A DNA stretch of 64,000 nt from contig CALXXY010000001.1 of the NCBI GenBank assembly GCA_944392815.1, forward strand, positions 133,141 through 197,140, given 5' to 3'. Of the stretch, positions 27,962 to 37,035 are shown one piece after another. The notes under the pieces are model-generated. The model saw only the letters and a list, made by a program, of their open reading frames with translations, made no database searches and was not told the DNA's origin. Numbering within the stretch: position 1 is the first letter of the stretch; each line of letters starts with the position of its first letter. Position numbers and translations under genes: made by a program. Source of the stretch: an uncultured Alphaproteobacteria bacterium. Lineage in GTDB: Bacteria; Pseudomonadota; Alphaproteobacteria; Rs-D84.

Positions 27962-28327
27962 TAAATTTTCTCTTTGGTTAATATGCGAATTATTTCACAT
28001 ATATATGAACTATACACATTTTTGGGCCGGAATGACAACCTATTTCATTAAATGGGCAAAATTCACAAAAACTTGTCAAAAAAAGCGGTCATTTATCCGT
28101 CAATTTGTCAATATATAGATATTGATTCGTTATTTTTTATCTATATTTTGTATTTTTGATAAAAAACCGAATCATTTCCCAGGTGAAAAATCTGATTTTT
28201 TTAATACAAAAATTCGTTTGGTATCCGATTCAAGTGAATCGGACAGGCGTCAATGCCCCGGAAAATCCCCTTTTTAAAAAGTAAAGCGAAAAATAAAAAT
28301 TTTTTTCATTTTTATGTGTTGTTAGTA

Positions 28328-28386
28328 ATTCATATATACTATATATTGTTATCAAATAACGGAAACAACCACTATATATTGTGTTT
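28328..28386 (+). promoter_or_regulatory. Two candidate NrdR boxes upstream of nrdD
   Basis: tcatatatactatatattg and accactatatattgtgtt, ~35 bp centre-to-centre, 25-80 bp upstream of the nrdD ATG. Confidence 0.4.
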
Positions 28387-28408
28387 TAAGAATATTGGGG
28401 TATATAAA

Positions 28409-30463
28409 ATGGCTGGGACAGAAAACGATAACAAAATGCAGATTATTCCGACACTTACCACGCGACTGAAAGTTGTTCAGAAACGTTCTGGGGAATCGGT
28501 TCCATTTGATGCGAAAAAAATTTTTGACGCTGTGAAAAAGGCGGTTGCCGTCACGCATGAAATTTCGGACGAGCAAATTGTCGCCATTACGCAAAGCGCG
28601 CTGAATAAATTGGAATCCAAATTTACAGAAAAAAATCCAACAGTCGAAGATGTCCAGGAATCGGTTATTGAATCGCTGATGGACGCGCGTGCGTATAAAA
28701 CTGCGGAATCATATATTATATATCGTCAAAAACGCAGCGAAATTCGTGATTCGTATGTTGACGCGGTCGAAATTATCGAGGGCTATGTCGGTGGTTCCAA
28801 TTGGCGTATCAAGGAAAACGCCAATATCGGTTATTCCATTGGCGGGTTGATTTTGCGTACATCTGAACGTGTGACCGCAGAATACTGGTTGAATTTATAC
28901 CCCCGCGAAGTGGCCGAGGCCCACAAAAACGCCGCGATACATATTCATGACCTGGGGTGGTTGACTGGGTATTGCGCGGGTTGGTCACTGCGCGAATTAT
29001 TGTACGAGGGATTCAACGGTGTTCCCGGATATTTACAGTGCGAACCCGCCAAACATATGGCAACTGCGATTTCCCACATGGTGAATTTCCTGGGGACATT
29101 GCAGAATGAATTTGCCGGTGCCCAGGCGTTTTCGTCCGTGGACACATATCTGGCCCCATATGTCAGAATTGACAATATGACATATGCAGATGTTAAAAAT
29201 GCTATGCAGACGTTGGTGTTTAACTGTGCTGTGCCATGTCGTTGGGGCACCCAGACACCGTTTATCAATTTCACATTTGACTGGACCTGTCCCGAAGATT
29301 TAAAGAATCAGCGCCCATTCGTTGGCAAAAAGCAAATGGATTTCACATATGGCGAATTGCAAAACGAAATGGACATGATTAACAAAGCATTTCTGGAGGT
29401 CATGACCGAAGGTGACGCCCTGGGGCGGCCGTTTACGTTCCCTATTCCGACATATAACATCACAAATGATTTCCCGTGGGAACACCCGAATGTCAAACCT
29501 TTGTTTGATTTGGCGGCAAAATACGGTATTCCGAATTTCCAAAACTTTCTGAATTCCGATTTGAATCCGACAGATGTGCGTTCTATGTGTTGTCGGTTGC
29601 GTCTGGACGTGCGTGAATTGTTAAAACGTGGTGGCGGACTGTTTGGATCGGCGGAAAAAACGGGTTCTATTGGTGTGGTGACAATTAACCTGGCACGGTT
29701 GGGATACACGCACAAGGGCGACCGCGAAGGTTTATTCCGCGAATTAAAACGTTTATTGGATTTGGCACGTGATTCGTTGGAAATCAAACGTCGTATTATT
29801 ACCAAAAATATGGAACGCGGACTGTATCCGTTTACCCGCAGATATTTGGGCAATTGGGATCATCATTTTTCAACCATCGGTGTGAATGGCGCAAATGAAA
29901 TGGTGCGTAATTTCACAAACGATCGCGAAAATATCGCAACGCCAATGGGTAAAAAACTGGTGCTGGATTTGATGGATTTCATTCGTGAAAATCTGGCCAC
30001 GTTCCAGGAACAAACCGGCAACCTGTATAATCTGGAGGCCACCCCAGCCGAGGGCTGTTCATACAGATTTGCAAAAACAGACGTGAAAAATTTCCCGGAT
30101 ATTATAACCGCCGGTACCCACGACGCGCCGTATTATACAAATTCGACGCAGTTGCCTGTGAATTACACAGACGACCCGTTCGTTGCCCTGGAACACCAGG
30201 AAGAATTACAACGCAAATATACTGGTGGAACTATGTTGCATTTGTATATGGGCGAACCTGTTTCCAGTGGCGAAGCCGCGGAAAAAATCGTGCGTACGAT
30301 TTTCGAAAATTACAAGATTCCGTACATGACGCTGACACCGACATTCTCGATTTGTCCGAAACATGGGTATTTGCCTGGCCGGCACGAGTTTTGTCCGAAA
30401 TGCGATGCTGAAATCGCGGCAAATCAAAATGCGGAATCCGCAACAGTTTCACAAGAAAAATAA
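28409..30463 (+). CDS. nrdD: Anaerobic ribonucleoside-triphosphate reductase (class III), lacking the glycyl-radical tail
   Basis: Start at ATG 28409 (MAGTENDNKMQIIP..); ATP-cone (VQKRSGESVPFDAKKIFDAV); C-terminal Zn site ...ICPKHGYLPGRHEFCPKCDAE; stops at TAA 30461 before the glycyl-radical motif. Confidence 0.85.
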   Translation: MAGTENDNKMQIIPTLTTRLKVVQKRSGESVPFDAKKIFDAVKKAVAVTHEISDEQIVAITQSALNKLESKFTEKNPTVEDVQESVIESLMDARAYKTAESYIIYRQKRSEIRDSYVDAVEIIEGYVGGSNWRIKENANIGYSIGGLILRTSERVTAEYWLNLYPREVAEAHKNAAIHIHDLGWLTGYCAGWSLRELLYEGFNGVPGYLQCEPAKHMATAISHMVNFLGTLQNEFAGAQAFSSVDTYLAPYVRIDNMTYADVKNAMQTLVFNCAVPCRWGTQTPFINFTFDWTCPEDLKNQRPFVGKKQMDFTYGELQNEMDMINKAFLEVMTEGDALGRPFTFPIPTYNITNDFPWEHPNVKPLFDLAAKYGIPNFQNFLNSDLNPTDVRSMCCRLRLDVRELLKRGGGLFGSAEKTGSIGVVTINLARLGYTHKGDREGLFRELKRLLDLARDSLEIKRRIITKNMERGLYPFTRRYLGNWDHHFSTIGVNGANEMVRNFTNDRENIATPMGKKLVLDLMDFIRENLATFQEQTGNLYNLEATPAEGCSYRFAKTDVKNFPDIITAGTHDAPYYTNSTQLPVNYTDDPFVALEHQEELQRKYTGGTMLHLYMGEPVSSGEAAEKIVRTIFENYKIPYMTLTPTFSICPKHGYLPGRHEFCPKCDAEIAANQNAESATVSQEK

Positions 30464-30493
30464 CTAAACAAAAAAAACAGGGAGGAAAACATT

Positions 30494-30679
30494 ATGGCAG
30501 CAGAAAACACGCAAAGAACACAATGTGAAGTATTTTCACGTTCAATGGGGTTCATCAGACCTGTGTCCAATTTTAACATTGGCAAATATTCTGAATTCTG
30601 CGAAAGAAAAACGTTTACCGAAGCGAACAGTTTAACAACTGGTCAGCGTCATAGTGAACTGATGAAAAAAGCTGCATAA
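30494..30679 (+). CDS. Separate 61-aa ORF encoding the NrdD glycyl-radical C-terminal motif
   Basis: cagggagg RBS 8 nt before the ATG; CEVFSRSMGFIRPVSNFNIGKYSEFCERKTF matches the NrdD SR..GY.RPV..WN.GK..EF..RK.. glycyl-radical region; same reading frame as nrdD, separated by one in-frame TAA. Confidence 0.55.
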   Translation: MAAENTQRTQCEVFSRSMGFIRPVSNFNIGKYSEFCERKTFTEANSLTTGQRHSELMKKAA

Positions 30680-30682
30680 GTT

Positions 30683-31384
30683 ATGAGAGAGATTCAGATT
30701 GGTGGATTGGTGTCGTTCACGACAATCGATTACCCCGGGAAATTGGCCGCGGTGCTGTTTCTGGTGGGTTGTCCGTTGCGGTGTGCGTATTGTTCCAATC
30801 CCCATCTGATACCATTGCACGACGGCGAATACGATCCTGAAAAGGTGTTTGATTGGCTGAAAAGCCGCGTTGGCAAGCTCGAGGCCGTCGTTTTTTCCGG
30901 GGGCGAAGCGTTGATGCAGGGCGACGCGTTGATTGATTATATGCGGCGCGTGCGTGAATTGGGATTCGCCATCGGATTACATACCAACGGTTTTTATCCA
31001 GAAACACTGGCACGCGCGGCCGATGTCGTGGACTGGATTGGTTTGGATTATAAAACTGTGCGCAACAAATACGGCGATTTGGTTGGGCAAAATATCGCGC
31101 ACGACCATATGGTTCGCAGTTTGACCACGTGGCAATCCACCGGCAAAGATTTCGAGGTTCGTATTACCTGTGACCCGCGTTTTGTGACCAAAATGGATTT
31201 GCTGGAAATCGCAAATGATTTGCATGCGCGTGGTGTGAAAAAATTCGCTGTACAGAAATATATCCCGCATTTCGAGGATTCAACCCATAACACCACACCA
31301 GAACAGCGCAATCAATTTTTTTCTGATGACAATTTACGCGATACAATTAATGCGCTGTTTGATTCTGTCACCTGGCGCGAATAA
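30683..31384 (+). CDS. nrdG: Anaerobic RNR-activating protein (radical SAM)
   Basis: CPLRCAYCSNPH CX3CX2C cluster motif; 233 aa. Confidence 0.85.
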   Translation: MREIQIGGLVSFTTIDYPGKLAAVLFLVGCPLRCAYCSNPHLIPLHDGEYDPEKVFDWLKSRVGKLEAVVFSGGEALMQGDALIDYMRRVRELGFAIGLHTNGFYPETLARAADVVDWIGLDYKTVRNKYGDLVGQNIAHDHMVRSLTTWQSTGKDFEVRITCDPRFVTKMDLLEIANDLHARGVKKFAVQKYIPHFEDSTHNTTPEQRNQFFSDDNLRDTINALFDSVTWRE

Positions 31385-31448
31385 TCGTGATTTTTCCACT
31401 GTTTTGTGATATAATTGATGGCATAATTGATGACAAAGGAATTTGTTC

Positions 31449-33227
31449 ATGCCAAAAACTATGTTTGATATCATAAAAAAGCAAAATGGTGAACGTTTTG
31501 CCAAGGCAATTCGCAATTACGACAATGGGATTTTTGATATTCCGAATCTGGATACAATTGTCAAACATGCCGGTCGCGAAGCCGAACCAATTATGGCGTA
31601 TTTAATATCGCTGAAAAATATTGAAATAAACGAAATGGCTGTGCATATGGATCCGATTAAATTGTTGGATCGCGCGGGATATAACGCATATGTGGTGCAC
31701 AATCTGGCCGAACAGAACGCAATCAAAAAATATTTTGCCCCGGGCGAGGAATTGTGCACTTTCCACGATCCGCACAGATTTGAAAAATACTATATCATAA
31801 ACGCTGTACGCAAGGACGTGGATAATATTCGCCGGGCTGATTTTAAAAATCCCAAACGCGAAGATGAATACGGCACATCGGTCATTTCCATTCAGGTATT
31901 AAAAACTGGCGGATTTATCAGTATCAAAAACAGATATAATCACACTGTTGAAAATCCAGATAATACGTTGAATTCGAATCCTGATAATATTATCCCTGGA
32001 TTGGCGGACGCGATAAAGCACCATTTTAACGTGGATTTTGCGTCACATCATGTGGATTTACCAATTAATTATACCACCATGAACAACCAGATTTTAAAAT
32101 ATAATCTGGAGGTTGAAAATACCTATATCGGGCCGGATTTTTACGCACGCGATGGGCGTGTGTTTGACATTAACAAAGATTATGAAATTATTTTGGACAC
32201 AATCGTATTCAATACAAAAACCAAAGAATTCAAATCTATTGCCCACGCGGACGGTGATTGGCAGATGATTAGTGCACTGTCGACCGCCATTAATGGGAAA
32301 AAGGTAAAAATACAAAACGCGGACAACGACACAAAAATACTGATTGCGGGCGATACACCGATTGTCACATTCCAAAACGGGCAAATATTGTCGCTGAATT
32401 TGCCAAACGTGCGCGAAATCGGCAATTATTTTGCGTTGGATTGTCAAAAATTGACCAGCGTGTCTATGCCTGATTTGGAAACAATGGGCACCAACTGTTT
32501 TCAATTTAATACATTGGAACATGTGAATATGCCGAAATTGCGCGAAATCGGTGAAATGTCTTTCTATAAATGCAGAAATTTACAGGAAATAAACCTGCCG
32601 CAGGTGCAAAAAATGGGCAGTTTCTGTTTTACTGGCGTTTATCAACTGAAAAATGTTAATATGCCACAACTGCGATATGTCGGGGATCATATGTTTCACA
32701 CTGCACCCGCGCTGACTGTGTTGGATTTGCCAAATTTGCAACGCATGGGGCAAAACTGTGTTATGAACGCACAGTTGAAAACAGTGAATTTGCCACAGCT
32801 GCAATCTGTTGACAATAATTGTTTTGTGAATGGTTGTGCCGTGACGGAACTGGATTTGCCGAATTTACAGCATATGGGAAATGTCGTGTTTTACGATGCG
32901 CCACAATTACGCAGTGTAAACGCGCCCAAATTGCAAAACATGGGCGCATTCTGTTTCCGCGCCAGCCAAAATGCCACACATGTATATATGCCGCAACTGC
33001 AACATATCAGCCAGGGCTGTTTTGAATCCAATGCAACCGTTTTCGAAAAACTGGATTCCATCAGAAATATTTCCGGCGAAATCGCCCCGGGGGGATTGGT
33101 CGTCGACCCCGCCGTTGATAACAGTGGCACAAAAAAACTGTTCATGCGCGCCATACAGAAAATTACCAATTACGGCAAAACAAAAAATAAAATCACACCA
33201 ACCAAGGATAATCACAATGACCGATAA
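31449..33227 (+). CDS. BspA-type leucine-rich-repeat (LRR_5) protein with unknown N-terminal domain
   Basis: About 13 tandem ~23-aa repeats of the form LPnLq.iG..cF..c..L..vn.P; N-terminal 300 aa unassigned. Confidence 0.6.
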   Translation: MPKTMFDIIKKQNGERFAKAIRNYDNGIFDIPNLDTIVKHAGREAEPIMAYLISLKNIEINEMAVHMDPIKLLDRAGYNAYVVHNLAEQNAIKKYFAPGEELCTFHDPHRFEKYYIINAVRKDVDNIRRADFKNPKREDEYGTSVISIQVLKTGGFISIKNRYNHTVENPDNTLNSNPDNIIPGLADAIKHHFNVDFASHHVDLPINYTTMNNQILKYNLEVENTYIGPDFYARDGRVFDINKDYEIILDTIVFNTKTKEFKSIAHADGDWQMISALSTAINGKKVKIQNADNDTKILIAGDTPIVTFQNGQILSLNLPNVREIGNYFALDCQKLTSVSMPDLETMGTNCFQFNTLEHVNMPKLREIGEMSFYKCRNLQEINLPQVQKMGSFCFTGVYQLKNVNMPQLRYVGDHMFHTAPALTVLDLPNLQRMGQNCVMNAQLKTVNLPQLQSVDNNCFVNGCAVTELDLPNLQHMGNVVFYDAPQLRSVNAPKLQNMGAFCFRASQNATHVYMPQLQHISQGCFESNATVFEKLDSIRNISGEIAPGGLVVDPAVDNSGTKKLFMRAIQKITNYGKTKNKITPTKDNHNDR

Positions 33228-33675
33228 AATTAAACTGACTTTGCGTGACGGCGACGTCGTAATCCAAACGCTGCCCGAAATCGCGCCAAAACATGTGGCA
33301 CGAATAACAGAACTCGTGAAATCAGGATTTTATAATGGGTTGACATTTCACCGCGTGATTGCCGGATTCATGGCCCAGACCGGTTGCCCCAATGGCGACG
33401 GGCGCGGCGGCAGTGGCGTGAAAATTCCCGCTGAATTTTCGGGTGAAAATTTCAGCCGCGGCGCAGTTGGCATGGCGCGCACTGTCGATGTAAATTCCGC
33501 GGATTCCCAGTTTTTTATATGTCTGGCGGATTGTTCGTTTTTGAACGGCAAATATACCCTGTGGGGACGCGTTATCAGCGGTATGGAATACGTGGACAAA
33601 ATCAAACTGGGCGACGATATGAATAATGGCCACGTGGATAACCCAGACAAAATTATCAAAATGGAAATGATGTGA
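33217..33675 (+). CDS. ppiB: Peptidyl-prolyl cis-trans isomerase, cyclophilin type
   Basis: LTFHRVIAGFMAQTGCPNGDGRGG, FFICL, YTLWGRV cyclophilin motifs; ATG at 33217 overlaps the LRR gene end. Confidence 0.85.
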   Translation: MTDKIKLTLRDGDVVIQTLPEIAPKHVARITELVKSGFYNGLTFHRVIAGFMAQTGCPNGDGRGGSGVKIPAEFSGENFSRGAVGMARTVDVNSADSQFFICLADCSFLNGKYTLWGRVISGMEYVDKIKLGDDMNNGHVDNPDKIIKMEMM

Positions 33676-33683
33676 CGTGTGTT

Positions 33684-33835
33684 ATTCCCGCACCAGCGGT
33701 GCGGGAATAACAGAGTGTAGAGTGGAGAGTATAGAGTGTAGATATTGTCCGCGCATATGCGCGGAATTTTATTACCGTCGCGGGGCAAAGTTCCCCTCTG
33801 CGGAGGGGTGGCACGTAGTGCCGGGGTGGTTATTG
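33684..33835. repeat. Cluster of palindromic repeats: dRS3-like palindrome (33684-33708), family A copy 2 (33712-33764), family B copy 3 (33766-33835)
   Basis: Direct matches to the elements at 4187-4414 and 5405-5478. Confidence 0.8.
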
Positions 33836-33899
33836 TACCCCCCCGCCCCAAAAGGGTGTGGCGGCATCTGAACCCTTGCTTGCAAAAATTATTAATTGT

Positions 33900-34472
33900 T
33901 TATTTGCGGAATAAAAAGCATTTATATTCGTGTGAATTAATGACGCCCGCCGATTGCAGGTATGCATAAACGGTCGTTGTGCCAATGAACTGCATACCAC
34001 GATGACGTAAATCCGCGGCAATTTTATCTGATAACGCAGAACGGGTTTTGCCAACCTGGTGTATTATGCGGCCACGCGTCCAATGCCACAGATATTTTGA
34101 AAAAGTCCCATATTCATGCGCAATGGACGTAAATACCCGCGCGTTATTGACCACAGCCGCTATTTTGCGTGCATTGCGAATTATGCCTGTATCGCTCTGT
34201 AATTGCGCCAATTTTGCCGTATCATAATTACATACGCGCGCAATATCAAAGTTATCAAACGCGCGACGAAATGCATCGCGACGATTTAAAATGCATTCCC
34301 AACTTAATCCCGCCTGGAACGTTTCCAGCACCAGCATTTCAAATAATTTCGCGTCGTCGTATGTCGGCACGCCCCATTCTGTGTCGTGATAGTGAATGTA
34401 TTTTTCATTTTTGGGATTGGCCCAGTGACAACGAACGCGGCCATCTGGCCATGTTTTATTGGGTGCGGTCAT
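33900..34472 (-). CDS. tag: DNA-3-methyladenine glycosylase I
   Basis: Start at ATG 34472 (MTAPNKTWPDGRVRCHW...); 190 aa. Confidence 0.8.
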   Translation of the reverse strand: MTAPNKTWPDGRVRCHWANPKNEKYIHYHDTEWGVPTYDDAKLFEMLVLETFQAGLSWECILNRRDAFRRAFDNFDIARVCNYDTAKLAQLQSDTGIIRNARKIAAVVNNARVFTSIAHEYGTFSKYLWHWTRGRIIHQVGKTRSALSDKIAADLRHRGMQFIGTTTVYAYLQSAGVINSHEYKCFLFRK

Positions 34473-34969
34473 AGGTTTACCCCCTCGGTCCACAGGAGTT
34501 TGTTTTTTATATCCAATCCACCGGCATACCCGACCAATTTTCCATTCGCGCCCAACACACGGTGACATGGGATTATTATCGACACAGGATTGCGGCCAAC
34601 TGCGCCACCCACCGCGCGTGGTGATGTGCCCCGCCCCATGCGCGCAGCAATGTCACCATAGGTCGTCGTTGTGCCGTATGGGATTTTGCGCAATTCGTGC
34701 CACACTGCACGTTGAAATTCTGTGCCGCGGGGGTTCAATGGAATGCGCGATGTGTCTGGGCGGGCGCCCGCGAAATATTCGTCCAGCCATTGTTTTGTTA
34801 TATTAAAAACTGATAAATTTGCATTGCGCGCAGCGTTATCCGGCACGCCCGCACGAAAATATTTTTGCCCGCAAAACCACAGCCCCACCAACGTGTCTGG
34901 GGTCGCGCACAGTGTTAATTCGCCCAATGGGGAATCGTATGTATCAATAAAATATGTCGGTGTGGTCAT
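34469..34969 (-). CDS. ogt: Methylated-DNA-protein-cysteine methyltransferase
   Basis: IIIPCHRVLG active-site motif; start at ATG 34969; ATGA overlap with tag. Confidence 0.8.
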   Translation of the reverse strand: MTTPTYFIDTYDSPLGELTLCATPDTLVGLWFCGQKYFRAGVPDNAARNANLSVFNITKQWLDEYFAGARPDTSRIPLNPRGTEFQRAVWHELRKIPYGTTTTYGDIAARMGRGTSPRAVGGAVGRNPVSIIIPCHRVLGANGKLVGYAGGLDIKNKLLWTEGVNL

Positions 34970-35107
34970 GTCGAAAATCTTAAAAAATACGACGGAAAAA
35001 ATCAATCCAAAACGGGGCAGATGCATATTTTTCATTTGACTTATTTTTTCATATGGGATAGCTTTCATTAGGTATTTATACTTATTCAAAAATACATGGG
35101 AGAAACT

Positions 35108-35971
35108 ATGAAAAAGAAAATTGCTTTATTTATGGCGGCGGCGATGTTCGCGCCATCTGCGTTCGCGGCTGAAATCACACCGTATGTTGGGTTGGGCCTG
35201 GTTATTGACAAGGCCAGCACGTCCGCACGCCGTGTGGGATTTGACCCGTCAAAAATTAATTCATCTGATCCGATGAGTTCTATGACAAACGCCATTATCG
35301 TAAATGGTGGTGGCAATATGGATTTCGACATGGCGTTTGCCGGCGAAATCACCGCAGGTGTGAAATACGGTAATGTCCGTGCAGAGGTCGAAGTTGCAGT
35401 TCGCAGTGCGTCCGAAGATGATTATGATATTTTCAATGGGAATATTAATTTGCCCGGTTCTGCATTAGGGGAAGCAGGAACCATACTGCGCGACGGCATA
35501 AATATTCCATTGGAATTGGAAAATTCAATTTCTGTTCGTCACAATTCGTATTTGGTGAACATGTATTATGATTTCGAATTGGCAAATTCCAATTGGACAC
35601 CATATATCGGTGCCGGTGTTGGTTTTGGTGTATATCATCAAAAGGCAGTTGTCGACATTGATATCGATGAAGAAATGTTAATGGCCGGTGTTATGGCTGG
35701 TTTAGGGGACATGGCTGCACTGCCAGGGGTTTCGGACCAAGTTATCGAAGGAATGGCCCCTGTGCTGGCAGGAATGCGCAAAGCCGAGGGCGAACGCACT
35801 GTTGCCGATGATACCCTGTATCGTTTTGAATGGCAGGTCGGCCTGGGTGCTGTATACAATTTCAACGAAGATTGGGCGATGGATATTGGATATCGTTTCA
35901 ATTCGTCCACTGTCGGTGGTGAATTCGTCTATGCGCACGAGGTTAAATTGGGCGCACGCTATTCATTCTGA
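35108..35971 (+). CDS. Outer-membrane beta-barrel protein (porin/Omp25-like)
   Basis: gggaga RBS; signal peptide MKKKIALFMAAAMFAPSAFA; alternating aromatic strands; C-terminal ...LGARYSF. Confidence 0.6.
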   Translation: MKKKIALFMAAAMFAPSAFAAEITPYVGLGLVIDKASTSARRVGFDPSKINSSDPMSSMTNAIIVNGGGNMDFDMAFAGEITAGVKYGNVRAEVEVAVRSASEDDYDIFNGNINLPGSALGEAGTILRDGINIPLELENSISVRHNSYLVNMYYDFELANSNWTPYIGAGVGFGVYHQKAVVDIDIDEEMLMAGVMAGLGDMAALPGVSDQVIEGMAPVLAGMRKAEGERTVADDTLYRFEWQVGLGAVYNFNEDWAMDIGYRFNSSTVGGEFVYAHEVKLGARYSF

Positions 35972-36048
35972 CGCGCATTTAAAAACACCGCCGTCCCGGC
36001 GGTGTTTTTATACCCCACCCCACACACAACCCAAACACACGGCACAAC

Positions 36049-36363
36049 ATGAACCACAAAATCATCATCAAATTAAAAATCGAATTGGCCATAGAACCCA
36101 GAATTTGCAGCATTTGTGGCCAACCTATATTGGATAATCAGCAAATGTCACTGGACCATTATATTCCACGATGTCATGGTGGCCCGGACGAGGCGTCTAA
36201 TCTGTTTCCGGCGCATTCAATTTGCAACTCGATAAAAAATGATTTAATGCCCGATGAATTTGAACGCGTAAAAAAGCAACTGTATCAGCAGGCATTGGAC
36301 AATTGGCATATTAAACGCAAAGATAAACTAATCGTTGCCCGCGCATTGGAAAAAATGCAGTAA
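36049..36363 (+). CDS. Small HNH endonuclease
   Basis: CSICG...SLDHYIPRCHGGPDEASNLFPAHSICNSIKND HNH motif; 104 aa. Confidence 0.6.
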   Translation: MNHKIIIKLKIELAIEPRICSICGQPILDNQQMSLDHYIPRCHGGPDEASNLFPAHSICNSIKNDLMPDEFERVKKQLYQQALDNWHIKRKDKLIVARALEKMQ

Positions 36364-36465
36364 TTTGTTCGGAATAACCGCAGCATGGAAACTGGTGCTA
36401 TAATATTTTTATCAATTATGGCGGTGGCATTGCATCGCAATTTCCCGACATCGACATTGTACATT

Positions 36466-36508
36466 TATAAAAAAACGCCCCGTTGGGCGTGTTTTATTTT
36501 ATGGCGGA
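36466..36508. repeat. 41-bp direct repeat (terminator hairpin + 'ttttatggcgga'), copy 1; copy 2 at 36641-36686
   Basis: aaaaaacgccccgttgggcgtgttttattttatggcgga occurs twice, 175 bp apart. Confidence 0.85.
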
Positions 36509-37035
36509 TGGGGAGGGGGGATTCCCTCGCACGATGCATACGCATCGGCTGCGGGGCAACCGTGACGATTTGACTGCGTTGCACTGGTCAAATCTACTTG
36601 TTGTCGAACCTGGGGTTTCTCATCCGCCCCACCGATCCATAAAATAAAAAACGCCCCGTTGGGCGTGTTTTATTTTATGGCGGAGGTGTAACATTTGACG
36701 GTATTAGATATGATAAATACAGGGTATTTACAGGGAATTTTTGTCTTTTTACCAGCAGCATTTTCGCCCGCCCCGCCACAGTTCCGACACTTTTGCAAAA
36801 AATCCCGCAAAAATAACAGGGAATTTGATTCCCCAGAACAGGGATTTTAGTTTATCATATCAGGTAAAAATTCTCTGCTTGCCTAAATAGCAGTTAAAAC
36901 ACTATATTAATAATGATCGTCTATTACTTGAACCACTAAAAAATATTATGTCAACAGTATATAATATATAATCTTTGTTCTAACTAATGGCAATTATAAT
37001 ATCCTGAATAACCAGTACTATACAATATTATTTAA

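Noticed and set aside
28253-28408. Upstream extension of nrdD from 28253 (MPRKIPFLKSK...)
   Set aside because: The extension covers an AT-rich promoter/NrdR-box region and encodes implausible sequence. The ATP-cone starts right after the ATG at 28409.
33322-33851. Minus-strand ORFs 33322-33633 and 33348-33851
   Set aside because: Antisense to ppiB and extending through the repeat cluster at 33684-33835; repeat-derived open frames.
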